The translations under genes were made by a program, and so were the position numbers. DNA of 45,350 bases, filler included, from Sphacelaria rigidula (lineage: Eukaryota), in the NCBI GenBank assembly GCA_964200075.2. It is 2 parts of 2 records of this genome, joined end to end, with 100 filler letters (N's around TTAATTAATTAA, not from the genome) between each part and the next. Parts side by side here need not be neighbours in the genome. Positions count along the whole stretch, not along the records: positions 22,738 to 45,350 come from CAXNAA020000324.1; 1 more part is not named here. One strand, 5' to 3'. Under the pieces are notes generated by a model. It was not told the origin of the DNA. It saw nothing but the letters and a program-made list of their open reading frames with translations, and did not search any database. Positions 34,763 to 45,350 of the stretch are shown piece after piece (position 1 is the first letter of the stretch; the number at the start of each line of letters is the position of its first letter).

Positions 34763-35009
34763 GGAAAAAAGGTTCAGCAGCGCGGCCCTCACGAGAGGAC
34801 GCGCAAGACGATTTCGACGAAGCAATGTCAACAACATCGTGGGACACCAATGACACTTATGGCTCGGCGATAGATAACGGAGGGCAGCAAGAGAGCTATT
34901 ACATCAATGGAGGTGGAGCGCGCTCGGACACAGGCTCAGTGGCAGATGTGGGGGAAAGCAAAGCTGTCGATGACTTCAAGGACGCTGTAGAACTGCTCAC
35001 TGAAAAAAG
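34763..35009 (+). CDS. IFRD1: IFRD-family exon 2
   Basis: ccacag|GG-KKGSAARP...VDDFKDAVELLTEK-AG|gtgaag, 247 nt. Confidence 0.85.
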
Positions 35010-37253
35010 GTGAAGCCATCAAGCCATCTGATACCAAGGTTGAATTACCAGTACTTTATGGAGGCTTTTCGAAATCTACTCCGAAATGATGCAGTTGTTG
35101 GATCAGTTGCACACCAACAAGTATAATAGTTAACGTATCATGGGTAGAAACTAAAATCTTTTGCCCTGCATGTGTGTAACGTACGCGTCCCCCCGGGACG
35201 GCCCTTGAAATGAGGCAAGTAGGGAGGAGAAAGGGTCGAGGACTTTTGTATGCAACAGGGCACGGGATATGACGGGTGAAAGAAATGTCAACTCCATTGC
35301 TCGACGGAGAAAGCTCAATGTTTTTTGAAGCGGAGTGGAGCATGTGTTACTACGGAGTTCTCGAGTTACCGAGTACGTACTTGTACTTGCTGTTGTAGTG
35401 CATGTTGCAGTTGCTGGCTGCGCTCATCTATCGGGAAGGGGTTGCGGCCCAGTGCATGCTCAACCGGAGTCTTCGGCGTCCCATGCAATCGGTCATCTGA
35501 TTACTCGCTTAGTTTCCATATCGAGCAACTGCAACATCTCACGTGCGCGGTGACGGAAACCGCAGGCCAAGATCAAACGGTTTTCTGTTCGACGGTTCCC
35601 GTCTAGCTGGGGTGCTGTTGTTACGCTGGTTTGATTTGAAACAAAAATATGGTGTTCCGCATGATGCACTCGAACATGTTTTCGCTCTGCACTGTTCGTC
35701 GGTTGGAATACGACAGTCTGCAACGTGGCGCGTTGCCTGATGAACTTACCGTCTGTTTGAGCTGCCTCGTACTTGCGTTTTTTGTACTTGCTTCACAAAT
35801 GAAAGGGGCAGGTAGGGCCAAAACTAGTAAAATGAACCGTGGTTCGCATCCCTGTCTCATGAAGGAGGTCGTTGGTCGATGGACAGTCATTATTCCGCTC
35901 ATCTTCATGCACCAACAAACCCTTTTACCACCGGCATGGGTTCTCTGTACAGTCGGCATCAAATTATCTTGAACATTTTTGGCATCACCCAGACCATCGG
36001 GGCTAAAGGGTCGGACGCCTCCGTATCGCGTTTTTTCGGTTCGGACGCTGTTCATCTGACCCCCATGTCGTCAGGGCGAGAACGATTACAATGTATTCCG
36101 TGCACGTGGGGCATATTTTAGTGGACACATGAACGCAAAATTATTCAGGGAAAACGGAGTTAATCGCACCTCTAGTATTCCAATGCCCCCACCTCGCGCG
36201 CACAAAGCAGCACATTGTTGCGAGAGACTGCTGCTCACTCACTTCACCGCCCTATTACGTCACTAAATCCGTCTCTTACCGAGACAAAAACAAGAAGTGA
36301 TACGTGAACGAAGCAAGCGTCCAAAAGTAGCACGTTGATTGGTCGCCGTGGCGGGTTTTTGACTGCGGCGACTAATCGACGCGCTGCTGCTTTTGGACGC
36401 TGTTTTTTTCGTTCGGGTGAAGACATGGCCCAACCCGATGCCCATAATCGTGGAATCATGGGCGGTTTGGCAAGCTCGTGTAAACCTCGCCCAAACATAA
36501 TGGTTCAAGTTCAAGCACGTGTCGACAAAATTGACTCAAAAACACTAATGGACTTGGCTTCAGCCACCTTCTGGATACCACTGGGCTGACATGAGATCCA
36601 AACTCTTCTGCACGACGTCGCCAACTGGAACGCGTTAGATACGCACATGTTGGAGATCATGAGCAGTCCACTGCAAAAGGCTCGGCGGAACCATATCCAT
36701 TTTGCAATTGAAACTACTCCACATAAGTTCGAAAACCGTACAAATACTGGGCTTTTGCTGTTTATGCGCCATATTATTTCGCATCAAACGGGGTTTGGCG
36801 CATAACCTCCTGCGTTTTTTTCAAAATATCCTGTATTTAGAGGTTTCAGCATAAGAAAGGCATGAAAGCTAAGTTTTACGCATAACTTGACGCATTTAGT
36901 ACTCCAACGGGATTATGCAACCCATGCTCAGCAGGCGGTAGCTGCCCACGGGTGCTCCATGTGGCGTGGCTCGTCGAGTCGTAGTTATTTATTTGAACTT
37001 TATTGCGGGTGTGATGTATGTAAAATACTTGATGCTTATGTGAAGCTGATTTAAAAAAAAAATGTGTCATATTTCACACAGACGTACTATTTTGCTCTGT
37101 ATGCGCATTTTTTTTCCCGCATGCTGGAAGGCATATTCCATGAGCAGTGCCGTCAGGAACCGCCGTAGGAAGGACGCAAAAAAGGCGCATAGGTCATGCA
37201 TATTTCACCAAAAACACACATGAATCGGCGCATAATTTTCACCTTTGAGATCG

Positions 37254-37721
37254 ACTCTGATGGGGGTCGTTCAAAATTCCTGTTGAAAACTGCCTTTTTG
37301 GCCCTTCTCCGTCGTCTCACGCCCGAAAAGAGGGGTAGGCGGATATCGGCGACTTGGAATGACTTGCTCTACTTATTGCAACCGTTTCAGGGCAACTTTG
37401 CATTTTTCCCGCTGGCCGCACTTTTATTTTTGGCCAAACACGGATTTTCAGTGAAAAACGGTCAAGCCATCAAAATACTGAGAAAATTTTAATCATCTGA
37501 TCATTTTTCACTAAAAATTCGTATTTGGCCTGACTTGGTCGAAAACAAAAGTTTGGCCCGCGGGAAACGCAGAGTTGCCCTGGAACGGTCTCAACGAGTT
37601 CAACAGAGCAAGTCATTCCAAGGCGTCAACATCCGCCAAGCCCTCTTTTCGAGCATAAATCGACGAAGAAGGGTCCAAAAGGCGGTTTTCGACAGGAATT
37701 TCAAACGGCTCCCATAAGAGT
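37254..37721. mobile_element. Foldback/palindromic MITE, about 470 bp, in IFRD intron 2
   Basis: Arms are reverse-complementary throughout (AAATTCCTG/CAGGAATTT, TTGGAATGACTTGCTCT/AGAGCAAGTCATTCCAA, CAGGGCAACT/AGTTGCCCTG), with the centre near 37480. Confidence 0.85.
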
Positions 37722-40269
37722 TGGCGTGAGCATGAAAAAATCAAATGAAACGCATAAAAAAAGTACGCGTAGAGAGCAAAGCGTTCCTTACGGGGCTCCA
37801 GGAAGCCGTCCGTACAGAGTACATCGTTGTACTAACTTCGAGTGATGCCATGCCCCCCCCCCTCCCCCCCGAGAACAGTGGCTGGTTTGAGGAGGCAGAA
37901 TTTAAATGTGGACGGAAATGACTGAAGTCGAGTACACCGAGCAGCTGGAAACTCGCACGCTCGGGGTCGCTTTCGCCAATGTCGCCCAAATGAGGCGCTT
38001 CGTGCAGTCTAAAACCAGCTTTCATGTGCTGTATGGCCATTTTCTCCGTGACAATTCTCCAGCCGTTTTTTTTTGGGGGGGGGGGGGGGGCTTTTCCCCC
38101 TTCATACTTTTAAAACACGAAGAGGGCAAGACAGAGNNNNNNNNNNGAGTGTCCTGGTCCGCCGCGACACTTCTCCAGCCGTTTTTTTTTGGGGGGGGGG
38201 GGGGCTATCGCTGCATCATACCTTGCAAACACGAAGAGAGCAAACACGAGGAGAAGACTAATCGACATGATATGGATATTAAGTGAGGGAGACAAGTGAC
38301 GTGGTTTATGCCTTGTTGAAGGTACCTCAAACTCGGTTCCCGGTGTCCTGGTTTATTCGCTAGCTCTAGGTTTTGTACTATTTTATCAAGTGAAAGTGAT
38401 GGCGATTCATAAAAGGATCTGACCTGGCGGTCCAAGGGTCTCTCATCATATGATTAATCGCTGTCACTTTCACTTCATGAAACAGAATTGAAAAACAGGA
38501 GACCGGCAACCGAGTTTGAGATACCTTTATTTACAACATGCAGCAAAAATGGGCGCCGCAAGTCCAGCATGAGGCGCAAAGAGCACGCATGGGTTCGGGC
38601 GGCAAGAGTGGTGTGCGACATAACCGGCGTGCTTGCTATGCTCGTTTTGGTGATCGTTCCGACCGCATCTTGTATACTTGAACAGCCCGCAAACAGTTGG
38701 CGATACCGCTCTTCACAACAGTATAGTACCTACTGAGACAGAGGCACTTGCTATGGGTTGGCCAAGACATTTACCCAGCAGCAAATAGAGTCCTACTGTG
38801 ACGCACCGATGCCGCAAATTAAAGAGTTGACATCAAAGACGCTACCGCGAGTTTCAAAAGCACTTAGTGCAAAGGAGTCACGAGCATATTCATCACTTCT
38901 TGAACGATGACTGCAAGCGTATGCTGTACTTGTGTGTGCAGTGGAAATCTTCGGTGCACATTACTGCGTGAATCCTGTGCAATCGCGTTTTAGATGCCAA
39001 AATGGAACATGACCAACGTACTCCTGCAATGAGTGTGTCTGCTGTGCTAGCTTTTTGTGCAGTATTGATCGTCAGCTTGTGCGCCGTGGTAGATAAAATT
39101 TAGCCGGAGTTCTTGCAAGAGATGGATATATGAGATTCCGCGGTTCACGTTGCTTATTTCCTCCACGACGCGAGCTACTCATTTTCAAATCTACCCTCTC
39201 TTGGCCCCGCACTATACCCTACGCGGGAAAATACCTCTTTTTTCTCAGATGACCATGCAGGCAGCCAAGATACCTCCAGTATTTTCATCAAACACACTGC
39301 TGTGTGGCTCATGAACCTCTCGTCTACACAAACTTTTGACCGCGCCAATATCCCGCGACTCTACGTAAACCCCACTCCCTGGATAAGGGGTAGTTTTCGG
39401 AGAGGTTTGAAACGAAGCACGTTCCTGAACATGGTGAAGTAGGTGAGGGGTTGAGTGAAATCACAGTACAGCACAGCAACAGTGGAGCTTGCGCAAGAAG
39501 CCTCAAGGTGACGGTCCACGGATATGATGGTTGGGTTGTAGGAGTTTGAAATTGAAAGTAAATCTTGCTCGTTGAATGTTTTGCTGCAAACGTCGCGCAG
39601 ACAGGGCAACCCCGCCGCGACCTGACTTTTTGATGTGCGCCTTTTTCTGGATCTCTCTGCACGAGCGCTCGTGTACTGCAGGTCATGTTCCAAACCTTTG
39701 CATGGGCATATAGGGACTCAGATTGGCTGCCGTACTTGCCGGTAGTAACAAAAACGTACAACTATGACATAGCACTGCTTCGTTACTGTTTGTATGAATA
39801 TTGTAGTAATCGCGTCCATCTCGTTCTACCCTGTCAAGCGTAAATCCACCAGATGGTGATGATCTAGCAACGCGGGGCCGGTTGTGTGCTGAACACAAGG
39901 CAGCTGGTACACGTGTTGCACTGTGTTGTAGGATAGCACGCTTCAACAATGGTGACCTGCCATTCCTGGTCACAGGCTAACTACCGAAAGTACAGTAGAA
40001 GGACCCCATCATAAAATGAAGCCCATGAAAATATGCACGGACACGATTCAAAATGAAGGATAAACCGCGAACCACATGCGCCCCGGTGCCGCAGTCTCCC
40101 ATTCGGACTACTGGAGGCAAAGCCCAACGTTCCCACTCGACACACAAAGCCGAACAGAAATGGAGCCAAACTCAGTAACCAAAGATTATCGACCGTAGTA
40201 ATGAGAATCGCATGGTTCTATCCTTGTACCTCTAGAGGGACAGCCATGTGTACGAATATACTAGGTAGG

Positions 40270-40790
40270 CACTGTTCTATTGGTTTTGTTGATACCGCGT
40301 TTAGTCGCATGTAGTCGGCTGGCCTCCTCCTCGTCCTTGTGCCATGAGATCACATACCTCTCCTCCTGCAGCACCCCCGCGTGCCACAGTGTTCCCCTAT
40401 CCTTCCTCGTCGCTGCGGAGAGCCACAGGACTCTGTCAACTATGAACGTCTGTCGGTCGTCGTCCGTAGCGCCGTGTGTGGCTCCAAAAGCTCGAAGATC
40501 GTCCTTCAGGCAGTTTAGCCAGTTTTGCTCCGGACGCCCTGGTGCTGAATTTCTCCCATGAGTGTTTCGAAATGCCATTCACTTGGGCAGTCGTCCGTGC
40601 GGTTATCTAGTCAGGGCTCCCGCGAACAGCAGTCGCCGTTGCCAGACCATTGCTTCAGCACTTTGGCGTCCGGTCTTCTTGAGGGCCTGGGCATACCAAA
40701 GCTGTCGGTGCGTGCCGCCCACGCGGTGGTACCCGATAGCTCGCAGCAGGAGCCTGTAGTATATCGTTATCAACGGCTCATAGTGCGCAG
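40270..40790 (-). mobile_element. 5'-truncated RTE-type LINE fragment (post-RT region)
   Basis: RLLLRAIGY...YAQALKKTG.QS.EA...QRRLLFAGAL...GRLPK...PGRPEQNWLNCLKDDLRAFG...WHKDEEEASR, homologous to the 28900-29280 part of the large LINE. Confidence 0.88.
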
Positions 40791-41339
40791 CGGCGGTGCA
40801 GTATACCCGCTGGGCTAGACCCTGTGCTCCGCTGATGGGAGCAACGCTCAACGCAGAGCGGGTATACTGCACCGCCAGGTACTGATTGCACCCGGCAACA
40901 TGGTGGCCGCTGCTGCTTGCAGGCACCAAGGCTCGCGGCCAAGAAAAGATGCAACCAGCCAACCTAACATGAGGTTATACCGATACACGAGCATCGCATT
41001 GACCCCTGGGGTGGTGATGTACCATTCGCTGTCTGCTTGTCTGCTCGCTACTTCGTTTCTCTGTTGTTGCTCTGTCCGTCCCGGCGCGACTGTGCATTGA
41101 TGTACATGTACACTTTTATTTTAGTCTTCATCATCGAGGTTTTTGCTAGCTTAGTACTATCATATATATGGAGAAATATGGAGTAAATCAAGAAAATATG
41201 ATTTATTGTTCCTATTATGTGTTGCTGATATTGCATCATCACCGTACCGCATCGCTTTTCAGTCGTTAGTTTACAGTTGTGAGAGTGCCAGGGTGAGGAT
41301 GCACTTTCCTGTCGATTTTTTTTTTAGGCTGCACATTAA

Positions 41340-42372
41340 CCCTTTTGGGACCAGACCCCCAGTAACACAGGGTTGACCCTGTGTTAGTGAGATAATTAAA
41401 AATAAGTCTTCGAGCGACCTGCCCAATCACGGCGAGGCGAAAATTTTCGACCAGACCCGAACGGCCAGCGCAGGGATTGTTGTCGAGTGTGATGCCACCG
41501 CAAAGATCGTGTGGAGGCCCTATCCCTGGCCCAGATATGCCTCTCCAGGTTTCCAAGTGCAGGATGGTCGCGGCTTGGTTTTTTGGTATAACTTGCTCTC
41601 AGTATACCGTTCCCGAGTTTTTCCGGAGTGTTTTTGGGTCCCAATTCTTTACTAAAACGTGGTAATTTACACCAACACAGGGCGGGCCGGAAAAAACCGG
41701 GAAGGAGTGTACATGCCACCATGTGGTCATTTTAACGAGGCACAAAATCCAGGTGGGCTGTGGAAAGACAAGAGGAGCTACCGTCATGAATTCTGCGTAT
41801 CCCTCTGCGGATGACTTGCAGTGTGCAGTCCACATGGGTGTTAGTGGAATGGGATGACAAAGCTGTATATAGGCAGCTGATTCCGGTGGCTGAGAATTGC
41901 CCAGAACGTGCAAGGGAGTATGCAGCGGCAGCTGCTGCTTCAGTCGGAGAGGCATACCAGACTGTCCTGTACTAAGATGTTGTATGCATGCGCGCCGCAA
42001 CTCTAATACCCTTCGAAGAGAATTTGCTGCATGCAACAAGGTGGGAAATGGCGGAAATGCCGACCACAAGGGACCGTGTGGCAAGGTGATGGGGACAACA
42101 GTATCATCCAAAGCCACAAGTGGCGGGCGGCCCGCCGGTCGTCGCATCCTGTTGGAAGCTCTCTACCACGACCCATACTGCTTGCTAAATCACATGTACG
42201 CCACCTAATGCGCACCCTGCACCTGAAAATAGATTGGAACTTTCGGTCTCTGCCATAACCCTGCGGTTACATACGCGAATTTCAAGCGACACGCCACTGT
42301 CTCGTGCAGATGCCAGACACGTCATTCCTGACCAGCCTCATTGGTCGTTCTGGAGGCCCGGTCCCAAAAGGG
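41340..42372 (+). mobile_element. Non-autonomous piggyBac-like element, 1033 bp
   Basis: TTAA at 41336-39 and 42373-76. Perfect 13-bp TIR CCCTTTTGGGACC, extending imperfectly. Internal WKDK (41761) and CPERAREY (41898) resemble piggyBac transposase motifs. Confidence 0.88.
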
Positions 42373-42640
42373 TTAAGGACCAGGCATTTGTCATCAAGAG
42401 GCTCCTTCAGCTAAGAGCCTCAGGGAAAATATGTGCACCCCTACCGTGGCATTGCTCTAGTACAGCTACGACTGAAGTGTTAATCGCCAAAACTCTTTTT
42501 TTTTTTTGAATCGACAAGGTACAGAGGAACTTCCCGAACCAACCGCACTCGCAGCGTGACACTGTTGTGCAGAGACACCATTTCCATCTAGAGCTCTCGT
42601 TAACCCCTGGAAACACGGCAAACACTTGCTCACGTCGCAG

Positions 42641-42782
42641 GGCTTCAACGCGACAAAGTGGGCTGAAGACGGTTATGAAGTTTATGCTGCACTCGCCGGA
42701 CCTCGGACCGGTGCTAGCCATGCAGGAGACAATCTTGCAGGCCCTGATCGGTGTGCTGAGGCGAAAGGGAACAGAGGTCGAG
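42641..42782 (+). CDS. IFRD1: IFRD-family exon 3
   Basis: tcgcag|G-ASTRQSGLKTV...LIGVLRRKGTEVE|gtgcgc, 142 nt. It completes the conserved EKR-xSTR motif across a 7.6-kb intron. Confidence 0.87.
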
Positions 42783-43245
42783 GTGCGCTATGGTGCGGTC
42801 CCGAGAACGAATTGAGGATCAGAGGAACGGCTCCTAGAACCTGAAAAATGCTTGGGCACTGTGGTAGCTTGCACGTTTCATGAAAAGAGTCTGCGCGAGT
42901 AAGATGCGATGGCTGCATATATGGGATGGGGAGAAATTTTGTGTAATGTCGGCGTCATCTTGGTGGTTTTGTTTGTATATGCATTTTTTTATTCGATCAT
43001 GTTTCATGCACCCGTCTTCTTCGTCCAACTCCATCCAGTTTTTAATCACACGCGAGTGTCCACCGTGCTCTTTAAACTGTGTGTGTGCGCATCATCATCG
43101 CTCGGTACCGTAGTTTCTTTCTGCGGGAAGAAAAAAATATATATATATATAATCAACCGCACTCTTAGTTCGTGACCCCCCCGCCTCCCCCCGCCTCACC
43201 CTTCCCTGCATTGAAAAAAAAACGAAAAAAACTGCGCAAGAACAG

Positions 43246-43486
43246 GGTGTGCATGCCTTGCGAGCACTGTCGGTGCTGTGCGTGTGCATAGGTCCCGAGG
43301 AAGAAGACACCTTCAAGGCGCTCCGGAGACCTCTGCGTACCATCATCACGCGCAGCAAGCATCTCGGGGTACGCGTGGGCGCCGTGCACACTCTTGCCTT
43401 GGCTTGCTTCATCTGCTCCAGTGACGATGACAACACGAGCGAGACGCTGGACCTTTTGGCCGAGGTGTTCGGCCGGACGAGCGACG
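43246..43486 (+). CDS. IFRD1: IFRD-family exon 4
   Basis: aacag|GVHALRALSVLCVCIG...HTLALACFICS...RTSD-G|gtacgt, 241 nt. Confidence 0.88.
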
Positions 43487-44862
43487 GTACGTATCTTCGT
43501 AGGTCTATGTGTCTTCAGGGAGTGTTTCCTTCTATTTTTTTTTTATTTCTCGGGTACGTCTATCAGTTATAGTGCGACAATCGATGGGTCAATCAGCACA
43601 ATCTACACCTCGTGACACCCCACAACAGCGCCCATGTTGGCTTGACTGCCATCACTAGTGCTGCTGCTGCTGCTCGCGGGTACTCAGTGTGTTACGTCCC
43701 CGTCTCGGCCCGCCATGAGCGTGGTGGCCCTGTATCCCATGAGACAAGCAGAGGGCGAGGTCGATTACGAGTACAGTTCGTGTGTAGTCCGTACAGTTTT
43801 GTAGCGCAGTACAGACTGTCCATGCACCCACGTCTTGCAGAGACAAAAGTGTGCTGTACACACAAGGCTACACACAGTGCTACGACTGCAGCATTACTAT
43901 CAGTACATACGATACAGCACCGTCTGTACTGCTGTCCGTGCTGTCCGTACAGTAAAGCGCTGAGTGCTGCGGAAAATCATTAACGTCAGTTCTGCATTCA
44001 ATGAGTACAGCAAGCCGGTGCGCTTATCAATAGTCTTGCGTCATGCAGCTCGCCATATACTGCTCAGTCAATGTTACAGTACAGTACGTACAGTACACCA
44101 CGGCACAACAGTAGTTCGCTGTGTCTCTCGCGCACCCCAGAAGTTAGAAATCCTATCCACACGCCTTGTATAAAACGATGAAAACTGCTTTGCCGATTTT
44201 GATAACATCTTGGGCACAAGGCAACAGGTGCTTTGAAATAAAACATTGGACAAGCACTCTAACCGATCCCCCAAGGATTCAGCCGTGGTCTCATAATTGA
44301 TGTACCCGAGACAATGTAAACAGTATGGGTGTCGATGTTACGAGGAAATGCGAAAGGACGGTTTTGTGGAAATAGATCTATTGAGGAGCCATGAATAGGG
44401 AAATATCTTCCCCGGGCATCACAGATACGGTACGTGCTAGTTCTTTCATTTTGAAGAACTGGAGCTTGATGATCTCTCTAATTTTAACCGAACTCTTTTT
44501 TTTTTTTCAAGGACCGATTTGCAACGAGTGAGTCCCTGGCGGAAGCAAAGGTTTCAGCACATTGATGAAGCACACACCTCTCATATTTTGGGTTGCTGCC
44601 GATCCGCATGGGTGGTGAGCGATGCGAAGATCGGTGACCTGCCGATCCCTGTGCGTGTTTCAATGAGGTCAGAGGGTTAGCACGTTTGTATTCGACGATC
44701 CACTTCAGTCGTTGAGCGCCGGGCCTCCTCTCGGTACAACATTTTGGCTGACAGACTCACGGGATATCTGCGATTATGCACTATACTACAAATGTTTTGA
44801 CATATGTGTAACGATAATGATTTTGATCATGATAGTGGTGATGGTGATGACTTCAAACGCAG

Positions 44863-45257
44863 GGTTGGATGTACCAGATGAACTAGTGGCGGCCGCTCTT
44901 TCCGGTTGGGGGCTCCTAGCCACGACGGTATCCCGCGCGTGGGTGGCAACCCGCATGACGATCCAACACTTGAAACTCTTCCGAGATCTTTTGGGGAGCA
45001 ACGACATGGATGTCAGGATAGAGGCTGGCGAAAACCTCGCTCTCCTGTACGAGAGCCGTCTGATTCTCGGACTTGCGGGGACGGAGGGCGCCCTCGAGGA
45101 AGGAGAGGAGGAGGATATTGTTGAGGACGACGATGGTGATGGGGGTGGTGGTGATGGTGGGGAGGAAGCAGTGGAGGATGACGCTGTTGATTTGACGGTG
45201 CTTTGGGAGGAAGTGGTGGAGGAGATGAAGGGCTTCATCACCGACAGCAGCAAAAAG
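44863..45257 (+). CDS. IFRD1: IFRD-family exon 5
   Basis: acgcag|GG-LDVPDELVAAALSGWGLLATT...DVRIEAGENLALLYE...acidic tract...FITDSSKK|gtgact, 395 nt. The ORF track only shows its antisense and off-frame ORFs. Confidence 0.9.
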
Positions 45258-45350
45258 GTGACTTTTCTGTTTTGCTCTCCCCCCCCCCCCCCCCCCCGCA
45301 CGAGGCGCTCTGGACGGTGTCGTGATCAGGTGGAAACCCGCGGCCCGGAA

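Larger units (their letters stand above)
34430..45257 (+). other. IFRD1: Gene span (3'-partial): interferon-related developmental regulator (IFRD) family protein
   Basis: Exons 34430-34442, 34763-35009, 42641-42782, 43246-43486 and 44863-45257 splice in frame with GT..AG introns. IFRD motifs seen: 'ELLTEKRASTR', 'LALACFI', 'AALSGWGLLATT', 'DVRIEAGENLALLYE', 'TDSSKK'. The gene continues past the window end. Confidence 0.88.

Noticed and set aside
38050..38260. Short duplication TTCTCCAGCCG-T(n)-G(n)...AAACACGAAGAG
   Set aside because: The copies flank a 10-N gap and homopolymers, so this may be an assembly overlap.
38300..39980. ORFs inside IFRD intron 2 as a nested gene
   Set aside because: They are short, lack recognisable domains and have no supported splice chain.
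44786..45301. 171-aa Ser/Pro-rich minus-strand ORF
   Set aside because: It is the antisense shadow of the acidic IFRD exon 5.

Overview
Eukaryotic, intron-rich, repeat-dense genomic DNA, most consistent with a brown alga or close stramenopile. That assignment is inference from the long GT-AG introns, a flagellar gene and the character of the repeats. The window joins two assembly pieces through an artificial 100-bp spacer (N44-TTAATTAATTAA-N44, 22638-22737), so the two halves may not be adjacent in the genome. The left part holds the 3' ten coding exons of a SPAG16/PF20 (flagellar central-apparatus WD40) gene on the minus strand, 19324 to 9463. The right part holds a head-to-head pair: the first exon of a ubiquitin-like (NUB1-like) gene on the minus strand (ATG 33930), and the first five exons of an IFRD-family gene on the plus strand (ATG 34430, running off the window). 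Much of the rest is decayed and nested transposable elements: a near full-length RTE-type LINE, two LINE RT fragments, a Ty1/copia remnant, a tRNA-derived SINE, piggyBac-, hAT- and Harbinger-like MITEs, foldback palindromes and a 116-bp tandem repeat. Stretches at about 1000-5300, 6100-8500 and 38300-40000 remain largely unassigned. Most ORFs in the supplied track are spurious. I see no CRISPR, rRNA, intact tRNA or convincing novel multi-gene system. The most unusual observations are small-element architectures and one possible intron-gain signature.
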